This document shows positions 19,791-29,361 of a DNA stretch of 64,000 nucleotides, piece after piece. Numbering within the stretch: position 1 is the first letter of the stretch; each line of letters opens with the position of its first letter. The notes beneath the pieces are model-generated. The model had not been told where the DNA came from, did no database searches, and was given only the letters and a program-made list of their open reading frames with translations. The DNA is from Nautiliaceae bacterium (GTDB lineage Bacteria; Campylobacterota; Campylobacteria; Campylobacterales; Nautiliaceae): assembly GCA_039831155.1 (NCBI GenBank), contig JBDONT010000043.1:1-64000 (forward strand), given 5' to 3'. The position numbers and the translations under genes are program-made.

Positions 19791-20837
19791 TTACTTTGAA
19801 TTTTCTTTAATACTTTCCTGTAGCCATTTTGTGAAATTTTCTTGGAATTTGTTTTGAGGGTTTTTAATGTCTATTACTTGATTTTGTTTATAATTGATTT
19901 TTAGTTTTTCCCCGGCTTTTAGATTTTGAAGTTTTACGTCGCTGTTTTTACTTGATATTTTTTTAGTTGATATAATTACTTTGTTCCCTTCTGTTTTCAT
20001 TTTCCATAATATTGCTTTGTGCTGGTCTTTTAATATCATTTTTTTAATTGTTTTATAATCTTTGTTATTAGGATATTTTTTGATTAAGTTATCTATTTTT
20101 TTGAGTGCCCACTCTTTTGACATTTGTTTTCCGTGTTTAGTGTTGGCTAATTTACTTGTATTAAATTTACTCTCTACAAGTAAAACTTTGGAAATTTTTC
20201 CGTTTTTCTTTTTGATAAACAGTCCGTCTATGCCGTTTCTTCCTACTTCGCCTTCTATTTTTTTCCATTTGCCGGCTTTTGTGAAATATTTGGTCATTAC
20301 GCCTTCTGTTATTTTCCCGGTTTTTAGGTTTACTTTTGCTTGGATTTTTGGATTTGCTTTTGGAAGTTTAGGTAGCGAAACACTTTTTGGGGCTATTTTA
20401 GGTGGTGTAGGGGGTTTTAGTGCTACGTTTGGGGTTGTTAGGGTTGTTAGAGGCAAGGTTGTTTTTGCTATTGTTTTGGAAACTGCAAGTTTTGAAGTGG
20501 CTTTGGTTGTAGCAGAAGAGGTGGCTTTTACGGCTTTTGTAGCCGGAGAAAAGAGAGCTTTTATTTTTCCTATACCGGAAGATATGGCTTTTAATAATCC
20601 TTTAAAAGCTTTTATGACAAATTTAAAAACTACTTTGAATATATTTGCTATAAATTTGAAGATAGCTTTAAAGATGTTGACTATAAATTTGAAAATAGTG
20701 GGGATTAATTTTATAACCCATTTTAAAGCCTGAATTAAAAGTTTTATAACAAACCATATAGCAGCCACTATAAATTCAACTATTGCAGCGATAACTGAAA
20801 ATATTCCGGCTATTAAAGCTCCGATAATTTGAAACAT
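19791..20837 (-). CDS. Putative membrane-anchored PD-(D/E)xK-like nuclease (toxin/defence-type)
   Basis: Hydrophobic/amphipathic N-terminus, K/T/A/P-rich linker, C-terminal GIDG...VESK...QMS..W pattern; AAGGAG RBS. Confidence 0.6.
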   Translation of the reverse strand: MFQIIGALIAGIFSVIAAIVEFIVAAIWFVIKLLIQALKWVIKLIPTIFKFIVNIFKAIFKFIANIFKVVFKFVIKAFKGLLKAISSGIGKIKALFSPATKAVKATSSATTKATSKLAVSKTIAKTTLPLTTLTTPNVALKPPTPPKIAPKSVSLPKLPKANPKIQAKVNLKTGKITEGVMTKYFTKAGKWKKIEGEVGRNGIDGLFIKKKNGKISKVLLVESKFNTSKLANTKHGKQMSKEWALKKIDNLIKKYPNNKDYKTIKKMILKDQHKAILWKMKTEGNKVIISTKKISSKNSDVKLQNLKAGEKLKINYKQNQVIDIKNPQNKFQENFTKWLQESIKENSK

Positions 20838-20879
20838 ATAATCTCCTTAAAAAAAAGGAGAATTTTAACATAAAATTAA

Positions 20880-21596
20880 TTAATACCAAATCCTCTCAAG
20901 ATATAATCCGTTTGGAGGGGCTAAATGTTTATTTATAAGTTTTTCTTTGTTTAGTTGAGTCTGAAGATGGGAGAGATTTAATTTTTCTTCGTTTATTTTT
21001 AATAAAAAATCCACAATTAGCCTTATCTGTCCTCTTAAAAATCCGTTTCCTTCTATTTTGATAACCGTTAAGTTTTTATATGTGAATATGTTTGTATTGT
21101 AAATTGTTCTTATGTAGCTGTTTACACTGCTTCCCCTTTTTGCGAAATATTCGAAATCGTGGGTTCCTTCAAATACCTTTAGGGCTTGTTTTATAATTTT
21201 TATATCGATTTTATGAGGATAGTAGGTAATATAATCTGCTATATGAGGAGAAAATTGTGAAGATATTAGATATCTGTAGCTTCTTTTTTTGGCATCAAAA
21301 CGTGGGTTAAAATCATCTTTTGTTTTTTGCAAGGTTTTTATGTGGATATATGGATGTAAGATTTTGTTTAGAGATACTTTCAGTTTTTCCGTTTCCCAAA
21401 ACCCCGGGGCTTTAAAGGCTATGACTTGATTTAAGGCGTGAACGCCTCTATCCGTTCTTCCGGCGTGAGTGATATTTGAAGTGATATTTAATTTTTGTAG
21501 GGCTTTTTCTATTTCTCCTTGGACGGTTTTTTTATCCGGTTGTTTTTGCATTCCGTAAAATTTACTTCCGTCATAACTTATAACAGCTTTTAAAAT
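20880..21596 (-). CDS. truA: tRNA pseudouridine(38-40) synthase; probable ATT start
   Basis: ISYDGSKFYGMQKQ, AGRTDRGVHA, GNGFLRGQIR, APPNGLYL; ATT at 21596 lies 7 nt after AAGGA. Confidence 0.93.
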   Translation of the reverse strand: MLKAVISYDGSKFYGMQKQPDKKTVQGEIEKALQKLNITSNITHAGRTDRGVHALNQVIAFKAPGFWETEKLKVSLNKILHPYIHIKTLQKTKDDFNPRFDAKKRSYRYLISSQFSPHIADYITYYPHKIDIKIIKQALKVFEGTHDFEYFAKRGSSVNSYIRTIYNTNIFTYKNLTVIKIEGNGFLRGQIRLIVDFLLKINEEKLNLSHLQTQLNKEKLINKHLAPPNGLYLERIWY

Positions 21597-22561
21597 GGCG
21601 TTTTCCTTTTATAAAAGATAAAGCTTATTATGGTAAATAACACTATTGTACCAAGTGTTACGAATATTGACTTTGAAATTTTTGTTAAAGATAGATATAT
21701 CACTATCAAAACAAAAGAGTAAACAAGTGCTCGGTTTTTGTGAATTCTAGGATGAAAAAAAGCGATTGTCGGAACGAAAAATATAAGTGCTATGGGAAGT
21801 AGGGCAAAGGGCAGATAAAATGAAAAAAGAGATTTAAACTCATTAAAATATTCGGAAAATCTAAATATGGAGTAGTGGGATTTGGGTATTTTTTGGTTAA
21901 TAAACATTGTTTTATAATCAACTATTGAGGTTTTGTTTATTTCATAAATACTTCCGTTTTGAAGTTTGAAGATTAAATAGTTTGATTTTGAGTTTAGGTT
22001 TGCTTTTTTTGCCAAAATGAATTGGTTTTTGTCATTATTGAATAAAATTAGGTTTTCATAGGTTTTATCTTTTTTAGATGATGTAAACACGTTCCAATTG
22101 CCGAATTTTTGAGATATTTTTGCTGTTTGAAAGTTAAATTTCGCAACTTGCTGTTTTTTTGTTTTGAAGTTTTTAAATGCGATTTTTGCATAAGGAATAG
22201 AGACAAAAAGAATTAGCAAATTTACAAAACTTAAAATAACTGATATTATTAAAAAAGGTTTTAAAAGTGTAAAAGGTTTAATACCCGAAGAAAACAGAGC
22301 TATAATTTCTTGAGATTCACTGTGTTTTGTAAATAGCGAAACAACAGCTATAAAAAAAGAGATGGAAAGTGCTATAAAAAGAACTTTCGGTAAAAAGAGA
22401 AGATACATTTTTAAAAGTTCTAAAAATGTAATTTGAATATTTGATGTAACGTTCGAAATGGAAATAATAATAATAATCGAAGTGATTAAAAAAAGAATTG
22501 TAAAAATAGTGGTAAAAATAGGCCAAAAGCCCATTAAAAGATATTTAGAGAGTCTATCCAT
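21590..22561 (-). CDS. LptF/LptG-family permease
   Basis: TM-periplasmic-TM layout, EIIALFSSG motif; conserved position between pilD and truA. Confidence 0.8.
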   Translation of the reverse strand: MDRLSKYLLMGFWPIFTTIFTILFLITSIIIIISISNVTSNIQITFLELLKMYLLFLPKVLFIALSISFFIAVVSLFTKHSESQEIIALFSSGIKPFTLLKPFLIISVILSFVNLLILFVSIPYAKIAFKNFKTKKQQVAKFNFQTAKISQKFGNWNVFTSSKKDKTYENLILFNNDKNQFILAKKANLNSKSNYLIFKLQNGSIYEINKTSIVDYKTMFINQKIPKSHYSIFRFSEYFNEFKSLFSFYLPFALLPIALIFFVPTIAFFHPRIHKNRALVYSFVLIVIYLSLTKISKSIFVTLGTIVLFTIISFIFYKRKTPF

Positions 22562-23288
22562 AAATGGCACTCCATAAATTTACAAAATAATCATAAAACA
22601 CCCAAACTATAAAGGTTCCCAATGCTAAAAACGGTATAAAAGGAAGTTCTAAGTCGTTGTTTTTTATTCTGTTATAAAAAGAAGGGAAAATAGCTAGTAA
22701 AGAAGCTATAAAAACTGCCACGATAGCCATTTTTATTCCAAGCAACGCTCCCATAGTTCCGGCTACTATAATATCGCCTTCCCCCATTGCTTCTCTTTTG
22801 ATTAAATAAGAGACATAAAACCTAACAAGACTCATACCACCCATTAAAATTAAAGCATTTGTAAAGTTGTTTAAAATATCCGGCGAGCTGAAAAAAGATA
22901 AAGTTAAAGCAAGTAAATTCAAACTATCCGGTACGGCTTTGTAATCAAAGTCAATCATACTAAGGGCTAGAAGTGTTGCGAATATTGTAAAGTTTATTGC
23001 GAAAAATATATCAAAACCGGTTTTTTTATAAACTATAAGAGCGATTATTCCCGTTAAAAATTCGATAATCGGATATCTTATAGAGATTTTTTCTCCACAA
23101 TTTGCACATTTTCCTTTTAGCATAATCCAGCTAAGTATCGGAATATTATGCCAGGGTTTTATTTGGGTGTTGCATTTTGGGCAGCTGCTTGGAGGAGAAA
23201 TTACGCTTTTATTCAAAGGCAACCTGTAAATAACCACATTTAAAAAACTACCTATTGCAATTCCTAGTAAAAATACGAAAATTTCCAT
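22554..23288 (-). CDS. pilD: Prepilin peptidase
   Basis: GSFLNVVIYRLP, two CxxC, IDF, MGEGD, PFIPFL. Confidence 0.93.
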   Translation of the reverse strand: MEIFVFLLGIAIGSFLNVVIYRLPLNKSVISPPSSCPKCNTQIKPWHNIPILSWIMLKGKCANCGEKISIRYPIIEFLTGIIALIVYKKTGFDIFFAINFTIFATLLALSMIDFDYKAVPDSLNLLALTLSFFSSPDILNNFTNALILMGGMSLVRFYVSYLIKREAMGEGDIIVAGTMGALLGIKMAIVAVFIASLLAIFPSFYNRIKNNDLELPFIPFLALGTFIVWVFYDYFVNLWSAIYG

Positions 23289-23950
23289 TAAATACCTCCG
23301 AATCTTCTTTCTCTTTTATGAAAGTTTTTTATAATTTTATCAAGTTCTTCTTTTGTAAAGTCCGGCCATAAAGTGTTTGTAAAAAACATTTCGGCATAAG
23401 CACACTGCCACAAAAGAAAATTACTAAGTCTGATTTCTCCACTTGTTCTTATAAGCAGGTCTACATCTCTGCTTAAGTCAAGATTCTTGTGGATATTTTC
23501 TGGTGTTACTTCTTCTTTTTTTTCTATCATTTTTTTAACAGCCCTTGTTATTTCATCTCTGCTTCCGTAATTTAGTGCCAATACTTGAGTTAGTTTTTTA
23601 AAATTTTTTGTTTTTTCTTTTGTATATTCTATCCTTTCTCTTAAATTTTTTGAAAATTTACTAATATCTCCAATTACTTCAAATTTAACTTCGTTTTCTA
23701 TATAAGTTAAGAGTTCTTTTTTTAAGTAATTATCAAGAAGCTTCATTAAAAAATCGACTTCCATTTTGGGTCTTTTCCAGTTTTCCGTTGAAAAAGCGTA
23801 AAGAGTTAATATCGAAATTTCTTCGTTTTTTGCACAGTATGTAGTTATTTCCCTTACTACTTCCGCACCTTTTTTATGACCTTCTACTCTTTTAAGGCCT
23901 CTTTTTTTCGCCCATCGGCCGTTACCGTCCATAATAATAGCTAAATGCAT
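23288..23950 (-). CDS. uppS: Undecaprenyl diphosphate synthase
   Basis: HLAIIMDGNGRWA, FSTENWKR, RTSGE.RLSNF, RRFGG. Confidence 0.97.
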   Translation of the reverse strand: MHLAIIMDGNGRWAKKRGLKRVEGHKKGAEVVREITTYCAKNEEISILTLYAFSTENWKRPKMEVDFLMKLLDNYLKKELLTYIENEVKFEVIGDISKFSKNLRERIEYTKEKTKNFKKLTQVLALNYGSRDEITRAVKKMIEKKEEVTPENIHKNLDLSRDVDLLIRTSGEIRLSNFLLWQCAYAEMFFTNTLWPDFTKEELDKIIKNFHKRERRFGGI

Positions 23951-23951
23951 A

Positions 23952-24626
23952 TTAAGCCTTTAAATTTAATAAATTTTCGGAAAAAATAAACATTGCTTTT
24001 GGTTCTTTTTTGAGAAGATAAACTTCCAAATCAAGTTCGTTTGAATACTCTTTTATCAATCTAAGAGTAGCATCATAAGGTGAATGAACGGTTAATGAAG
24101 TCGTAGTTATTTCACCTTCTAAGTCTCCTAAATGATTAAATACGGCATAAAATTTTACTCTATTTTTGTGATATTTATATTGCAAAACGGCTTTTTTCTT
24201 ATCATTTATAATTAAATGGTGGATTTTATGCTCAAGGGCTAGTAAAATATTTGTAAAAAAAATAAATTCTTCTTTTGAAGAAGCGTTTGCGAGATGTTTT
24301 AGGGTTGTATCTTTTGAGAAATGGATAAGTTTTTCTTTTAGTTCTATTTTATTTAGTTTTTCAAGCAGGGGAGGTATTTCTCTTAAATTGCTTATCTGAA
24401 GTTTACTTCCACTCTCTTTTATTTGAGCGAAATATTTTTTACCTACCATAAGAGGAAAAGAACTTTTTGTTTCCACTTCTTTTTTGCCCAGTTGAATAAG
24501 GTATCTTATGGGGTTTATCTCTTTTTTTACTTCTATTTTTACCGGTAAAGCCGCGTTAAATTCGGTTATGTTTAATCTGTTGATTTCTTTTAAAACTTTT
24601 CCGATTTTAGATATGTTTAGAGGCAT
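23952..24626 (-). CDS. Hypothetical protein
   Basis: 224-aa ORF tightly packed between coaBC and uppS. Confidence 0.7.
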   Translation of the reverse strand: MPLNISKIGKVLKEINRLNITEFNAALPVKIEVKKEINPIRYLIQLGKKEVETKSSFPLMVGKKYFAQIKESGSKLQISNLREIPPLLEKLNKIELKEKLIHFSKDTTLKHLANASSKEEFIFFTNILLALEHKIHHLIINDKKKAVLQYKYHKNRVKFYAVFNHLGDLEGEITTTSLTVHSPYDATLRLIKEYSNELDLEVYLLKKEPKAMFIFSENLLNLKA

Positions 24627-25749
24627 CTACTACCTTAAAGGCTATATTTTCTTTTGTATCTTGACTTAGTTTGATTTCTTTATCTTTTGTAATAAAGATA
24701 ATTTCATTTTCATCACTTCCAAAATCGTTTTTTGTTAAAAGGTTTAGGCAAATTGCATCAAGGTTTTTGTTATAAAGAGTATTTTTGGCGTATTTAAGGG
24801 CATTTTTTTCGTCTCTTTCCGCTTTAAAGCCTATTTTTTTAAATGGTTTGGTTTTTAGAGTCTCTAATATATCTATATTTTTTTCCATTTCTAAGCAGAA
24901 TTTATCTCCGATTTGCTCTTTTTTTAGTTTTCCCGGGGTATATTTTGGCTTATAATCCACAATCGCAGCAGCCATTATTAAGTAATCAGGATTTTCTTGT
25001 AAGATTGCGTTAAGATAATCTTTTGCACTTAATGCTTTAATTTGTTTTATCTCTTTGCTTAAGTTATGTTCTTTACTTGAAATCAGGGTAACATCGGCTC
25101 CTTTTATGTAAAAAGCTTTTGCTAAAGCTTCTCCCATTTTTCCACTTGAGAAGTTGCTAATAAACCTTACATCGTCGATTTTTTCTATACTGCCTCCCGC
25201 AGTTACCACTACTTTTTTGTTTTGCCAAAACTTTTCTTTATTTACTTCTCTTAAAGCCCTTAAAAATATTTCACTCGGTTCTGCCATTTTGCCGATACCT
25301 TCGTCTCCACAAGCAAGAAGCCCGGCATTTGCTTCTATGATGTTTAATTTTTTAAAGCTTTCTTGAGTTGTAGGATGAAGGTACATATTTGTATTGGCAG
25401 CAGGGGCAAATAAAACGGGAGCTTTTGTAGCAAGATATGTTTGAAGTAAGAGATTATCGGCAATGCCGTTTGCAGCTTTATTTATTGTGTTTGCACTTGC
25501 AGGGGCAATTATGTAAATATTTGCCCATTTTGCATAATCTATATGGTTAACTTCACTTGCCCAATTTTCGTTTTTTTCTATTAAAACTTTTTGGCGTGTT
25601 AGGGCTTCAAAAGTAAGAGGAGTTATAAACTTAGTAGCAGCTTCGCTCATTACAACTCTTACCTTATCTCCTCTTTTAACAAAAAGTCTTATAAGCTCAC
25701 ACGTTTTATAAATCGCAATGCTTCCGGTTACACCTATTAAAACATTCAC
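24607..25749 (-). CDS. coaBC: Phosphopantothenoylcysteine decarboxylase/ligase
   Basis: GVTGSIAIYK, APASAN, LACGDEG.GK, VRFISNFSSGKMG. Confidence 0.96.
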   Translation of the reverse strand: MNVLIGVTGSIAIYKTCELIRLFVKRGDKVRVVMSEAATKFITPLTFEALTRQKVLIEKNENWASEVNHIDYAKWANIYIIAPASANTINKAANGIADNLLLQTYLATKAPVLFAPAANTNMYLHPTTQESFKKLNIIEANAGLLACGDEGIGKMAEPSEIFLRALREVNKEKFWQNKKVVVTAGGSIEKIDDVRFISNFSSGKMGEALAKAFYIKGADVTLISSKEHNLSKEIKQIKALSAKDYLNAILQENPDYLIMAAAIVDYKPKYTPGKLKKEQIGDKFCLEMEKNIDILETLKTKPFKKIGFKAERDEKNALKYAKNTLYNKNLDAICLNLLTKNDFGSDENEIIFITKDKEIKLSQDTKENIAFKVVDASKHI

Positions 25750-27029
25750 TATTTTCTCCCAAAAAACTTATAATAAAAATCTTTAACAATCTTAAGAGGG
25801 GCTCTGCTTATTGCAAGAGAGCCTTTTTTTATATCCTTATTTACAGTGCTTCCTGCTGCTATCATTACGTCATCTTCTATTGTAACTGGAGCTATAAGTT
25901 GAGTATCACTTCCTACAAATACGTTTTTGCCGATTTTTGTTTTATATTTATTTTTTCCGTTATAGTTACAAGTAATTGTACCGGCTCCTATGTTTGTTCC
26001 CTCATCAATTTCACTATCTCCAAGATAACTTAAATGTCCCGCTTTTACGCCTTTTAGCTTACTTGCTTTTACTTCTACAAAGTTTCCTATATGAGTATCA
26101 ATAATTTCGCTTTTTGGTCTGATTCTTGCCATCGGTCCTATGCCACTGTTTTTAATAACCGCCTCTTCAATTACACTAAGAGGTCTTATTTCACTTTCAA
26201 TTATCGTAGATTTTTTAATAACACATCCGTTTCCAATTTCACACTCTCCCTCAAAATTTGAATAAGCGTCAATGTAGATTGTATCCGGAAGGTGCATAAT
26301 AACACCTTGTTGCATCCAAAAATCTTTTATTCTTTTACACATAATCTCTTCGGTTTTTGCTAAGTCTTTTTTTGAATTTACTCCTTTAAAGCTCTCTTCA
26401 TCAACTTCAATAGCTTTTATTTTAAGTCCCTCTTTTACTGCCATTTCTATAATGTCTGTTAGGTAATATTCGTTTTGAGCGTTATTGTTTGAGAGTTTTG
26501 GCAAAAATTCTTCAAGGGTTTCTTTTTTAAACAGATAAACTCCTGCGTTTACGTATGGAATTTTTAGCTCTTTTTCATTTGCGTCTTTTTGTTCTACTAT
26601 TTTTAAAACGTTTTCATCTTTTATTACAACTCTTCCGTATCCATCCGGATTTTTCAGTTTCATTACACTCATTACGATATCGGCGTCAACTGCAAGAAAT
26701 TTTTTAAGTTCATCTGCTGTGATTAAAGGCATGTCTCCGTTTAATACCAAAACTTTATCGCCTCTTAGAGGTACTGCTTTTAAGGCTCCACCCGTTCCCG
26801 GGGAATTTTGTAAGTCTTGTTTGATGATATTTACCGGATATTTCGATACGGATTCTTTAACTTTTTCAAACTGATGATTCAAAACAATATCTATATTATC
26901 GCTAAGTTTTAGCGACTCTTCTATAATGTATTCAATCATAGGTTTATTACATAGGGTATGAAGAACTTTTGCTTTTTTACTTTTCATACGGGTACCTTTA
27001 CCGGCGGCAAGAATGACAATTTGCAGCAT
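25749..27029 (-). CDS. glmU: Bifunctional UDP-GlcNAc pyrophosphorylase/acetyltransferase
   Basis: [37 protein letters not shown]; start reset to MLQIVIL. Confidence 0.96.
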   Translation of the reverse strand: MLQIVILAAGKGTRMKSKKAKVLHTLCNKPMIEYIIEESLKLSDNIDIVLNHQFEKVKESVSKYPVNIIKQDLQNSPGTGGALKAVPLRGDKVLVLNGDMPLITADELKKFLAVDADIVMSVMKLKNPDGYGRVVIKDENVLKIVEQKDANEKELKIPYVNAGVYLFKKETLEEFLPKLSNNNAQNEYYLTDIIEMAVKEGLKIKAIEVDEESFKGVNSKKDLAKTEEIMCKRIKDFWMQQGVIMHLPDTIYIDAYSNFEGECEIGNGCVIKKSTIIESEIRPLSVIEEAVIKNSGIGPMARIRPKSEIIDTHIGNFVEVKASKLKGVKAGHLSYLGDSEIDEGTNIGAGTITCNYNGKNKYKTKIGKNVFVGSDTQLIAPVTIEDDVMIAAGSTVNKDIKKGSLAISRAPLKIVKDFYYKFFGRK

Positions 27030-27075
27030 AAAAATTTCCTTTTTTGATATAATTATAACAAAAAAGGCCAATTTA

Positions 27076-27843
27076 ATGGATTTAGCAAGTGTAATAGGCT
27101 TGGTTGGGGCACTCGGGCTTATTATTGCAGCGATGGCTATGGGGGTTGGGATTGGCCCTTATATTGACGGTCAGTCTATTTTAATCGTTGTATTGGGGTC
27201 TATTATGACTCTTTTTATTTCCAATAAAATGGAGATGATGACAAAATTTGCAAAAGTTTTTATGATTGCGATAAAACCGAGCTATCAACCGAATTATGAA
27301 GAACTTATTAAAAAACTAGTGGATTACGCTACTCAAGCAAGACGTGACGGGATACTTTCACTAGAACAAGCTGCCGCGAATGAAGAGGATGAGTTTTTAA
27401 AAAAAGGTCTTTCAATGGCAGTTGACGGGAATGAACCCGATACCATAAGAGAACTTTTAGAAATTGAACTTGAACAAATGGATGCAAGACACAAAAAGAT
27501 GGCTTCAATTTTTAGTAACTGGGCCGGCCTTGCCGGGGCTATGGGGATGATTGGTACGCTTGTCGGGCTTGTTGCGATGCTTCTTAATATGTCCGATCCT
27601 TCGGCTATTGGTCCGGCTATGGCAGTTGCCCTTTTGACGACTCTTTATGGGGCTATGATTGGTAATATTTTCGGTTCTCCTATCGCAAATAAACTAGGGC
27701 TTAGAAATGATGATGAAATTTTGGCAAAAACGATGATAATTGAGGGAATTATGTCGATTCAAGCAGGGGATAACCCAAGAACGCTTGAAGCAAAGCTATT
27801 AAGTTTCTTACCACCTAGTCAGAGAAAAAGTCAGTTTGAATAG
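27076..27843 (+). CDS. motA: Flagellar stator MotA
   Basis: [28 protein letters not shown]; start reset to MDLAS. Confidence 0.95.
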   Translation: MDLASVIGLVGALGLIIAAMAMGVGIGPYIDGQSILIVVLGSIMTLFISNKMEMMTKFAKVFMIAIKPSYQPNYEELIKKLVDYATQARRDGILSLEQAAANEEDEFLKKGLSMAVDGNEPDTIRELLEIELEQMDARHKKMASIFSNWAGLAGAMGMIGTLVGLVAMLLNMSDPSAIGPAMAVALLTTLYGAMIGNIFGSPIANKLGLRNDDEILAKTMIIEGIMSIQAGDNPRTLEAKLLSFLPPSQRKSQFE

Positions 27844-27851
27844 GATAAATT

Positions 27852-28625
27852 ATGGCTAAAAAATGTAAATGCGAATGTCCCGAGTGTATGCCCGAATGGC
27901 TTGCGACATTTGGGGACTTGATGAGTCTTCTTTTATGCTTTTTCGTATTGCTTCTTTCAATGTCTACAATGGATGCTAAAAAAGTAAAAGAAGCTATCGG
28001 TTCTTTGGCCGGGGCTCTTAGTGTTTTGGAGGGGGGAACTCAAACGGAAGTGAGTCGTAACAGAATTCAAAAAGCAACCCCTATTCAAAAATCGGATGAA
28101 ACGGCTCAAACAGTAAACAGACTCTCTCAAGCAATTGCCGAATTTAAAGAGTTTACAGCCGGAGGAAAAGGACCGGCAATTACCCTTGAAGAAGGAGAAG
28201 AAGGCTTTTTTATAAGACTTCCTGCCGATATTACTTTTAAGCCCGGAAGTGCTCAAATTACCAATGAAGATAGTTTATTATTTTTAAAAAGAATTTCGCT
28301 CATTATTAAAGAATATTTGCCTAAAAATATTGAAATTCAGATTAAAGGTTATACTGATAACGTTCCACCTTCGCCGACTTCTCCGTATGCAGACAATTGG
28401 GAGCTAAGTGCCGCAAGGGCTCTTAGTGTGCTTAAGATTTTAATAAAAGACGGAGTTAATCCAAAGCAGCTTAGTGCCGCTGCTTATGGAGAATATCATC
28501 CGATTGCTTCTAATGCAACGCCAGAGGGAAGAGCTAAAAACAGAAGAGTTGAAATATGGTTTTTTGCGAAAAAAACAAAATATCAAAAAAATATTCAAAA
28601 ATCCATTTTGGATATGAAGAAGTAG
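27852..28625 (+). CDS. motB: Flagellar stator MotB
   Basis: WLATFGDLMSLLL, OmpA-like GYTD, NWELSAARA, NRRVEI. Confidence 0.95.
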   Translation: MAKKCKCECPECMPEWLATFGDLMSLLLCFFVLLLSMSTMDAKKVKEAIGSLAGALSVLEGGTQTEVSRNRIQKATPIQKSDETAQTVNRLSQAIAEFKEFTAGGKGPAITLEEGEEGFFIRLPADITFKPGSAQITNEDSLLFLKRISLIIKEYLPKNIEIQIKGYTDNVPPSPTSPYADNWELSAARALSVLKILIKDGVNPKQLSAAAYGEYHPIASNATPEGRAKNRRVEIWFFAKKTKYQKNIQKSILDMKK

Positions 28626-28626
28626 T

Positions 28627-29352
28627 ATGAAAAAACTTTTTTTAATATTAATCCCCATTTTTATTTTAGCGGCACCTCAAATACCTACCGTTAATTTATC
28701 TTTAACGGCACCGGAAACTCCTAAACAGCTTGTAAGTGTTTTAAATGTTACTATTTTAATGACTCTTTTGGTATTGGCTCCTAGTATTGTTTTGGTAATG
28801 ACTTCTTTTGTTAGGCTTTTGGTTGTTTTTGGATTTTTGCGTCAAGCCCTCGGTACCCCTCAATCGCCTCCGACTACGCTGCTTGTGAGTCTTGCTTTGG
28901 TTTTGACTTTTTTTATAATGGAGCCGTATGCGAAAAAGGCTTATAATCAAGGAATAAAACCTTATATGGAAAAAAAGATAGGATATGAAGAGGCTTTTAA
29001 AAGAGCCGTTAAACCTTTTAAGACTTTTATGTTAAAAAACACAAGAGAAAAGGATTTGGCTCTGTTTTTTAGGATTCGTCATTTGCCAAATCCTAAAACC
29101 ATTGATGATGTGCCGTTAACTATTTTGGTACCGGCTTTTATGATAAGTGAACTTAAGACGGCTTTTGAGATTGGATTTTTGATATTTTTGCCGTTTTTGA
29201 TTATCGATATGGTTGTGAGTTCTATATTAATGAGTCTTGGTATGATGATGTTACCACCCATTATGATTAGTTTGCCTTTTAAGATACTTCTTTTTGTATT
29301 GGTTGATGGGTGGAATTTAATTACATTAGGTTTGGTTCAAAGCTTTAGATAA
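28627..29352 (+). CDS. fliP: Flagellar export apparatus FliP
   Basis: MTSF.R, LRQALG, PAFMISELKTAF, GMMMLPP, LFVLVDGW. Confidence 0.97.
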   Translation: MKKLFLILIPIFILAAPQIPTVNLSLTAPETPKQLVSVLNVTILMTLLVLAPSIVLVMTSFVRLLVVFGFLRQALGTPQSPPTTLLVSLALVLTFFIMEPYAKKAYNQGIKPYMEKKIGYEEAFKRAVKPFKTFMLKNTREKDLALFFRIRHLPNPKTIDDVPLTILVPAFMISELKTAFEIGFLIFLPFLIIDMVVSSILMSLGMMMLPPIMISLPFKILLFVLVDGWNLITLGLVQSFR

Positions 29353-29361
29353 AGGAGAAAT

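Noticed and set aside
20062-20733. 223-aa hydrophobic ORF antisense to the nuclease gene
   Set aside because: Mirror of the Lys-rich sense strand (AAA reads TTT); no RBS or motif
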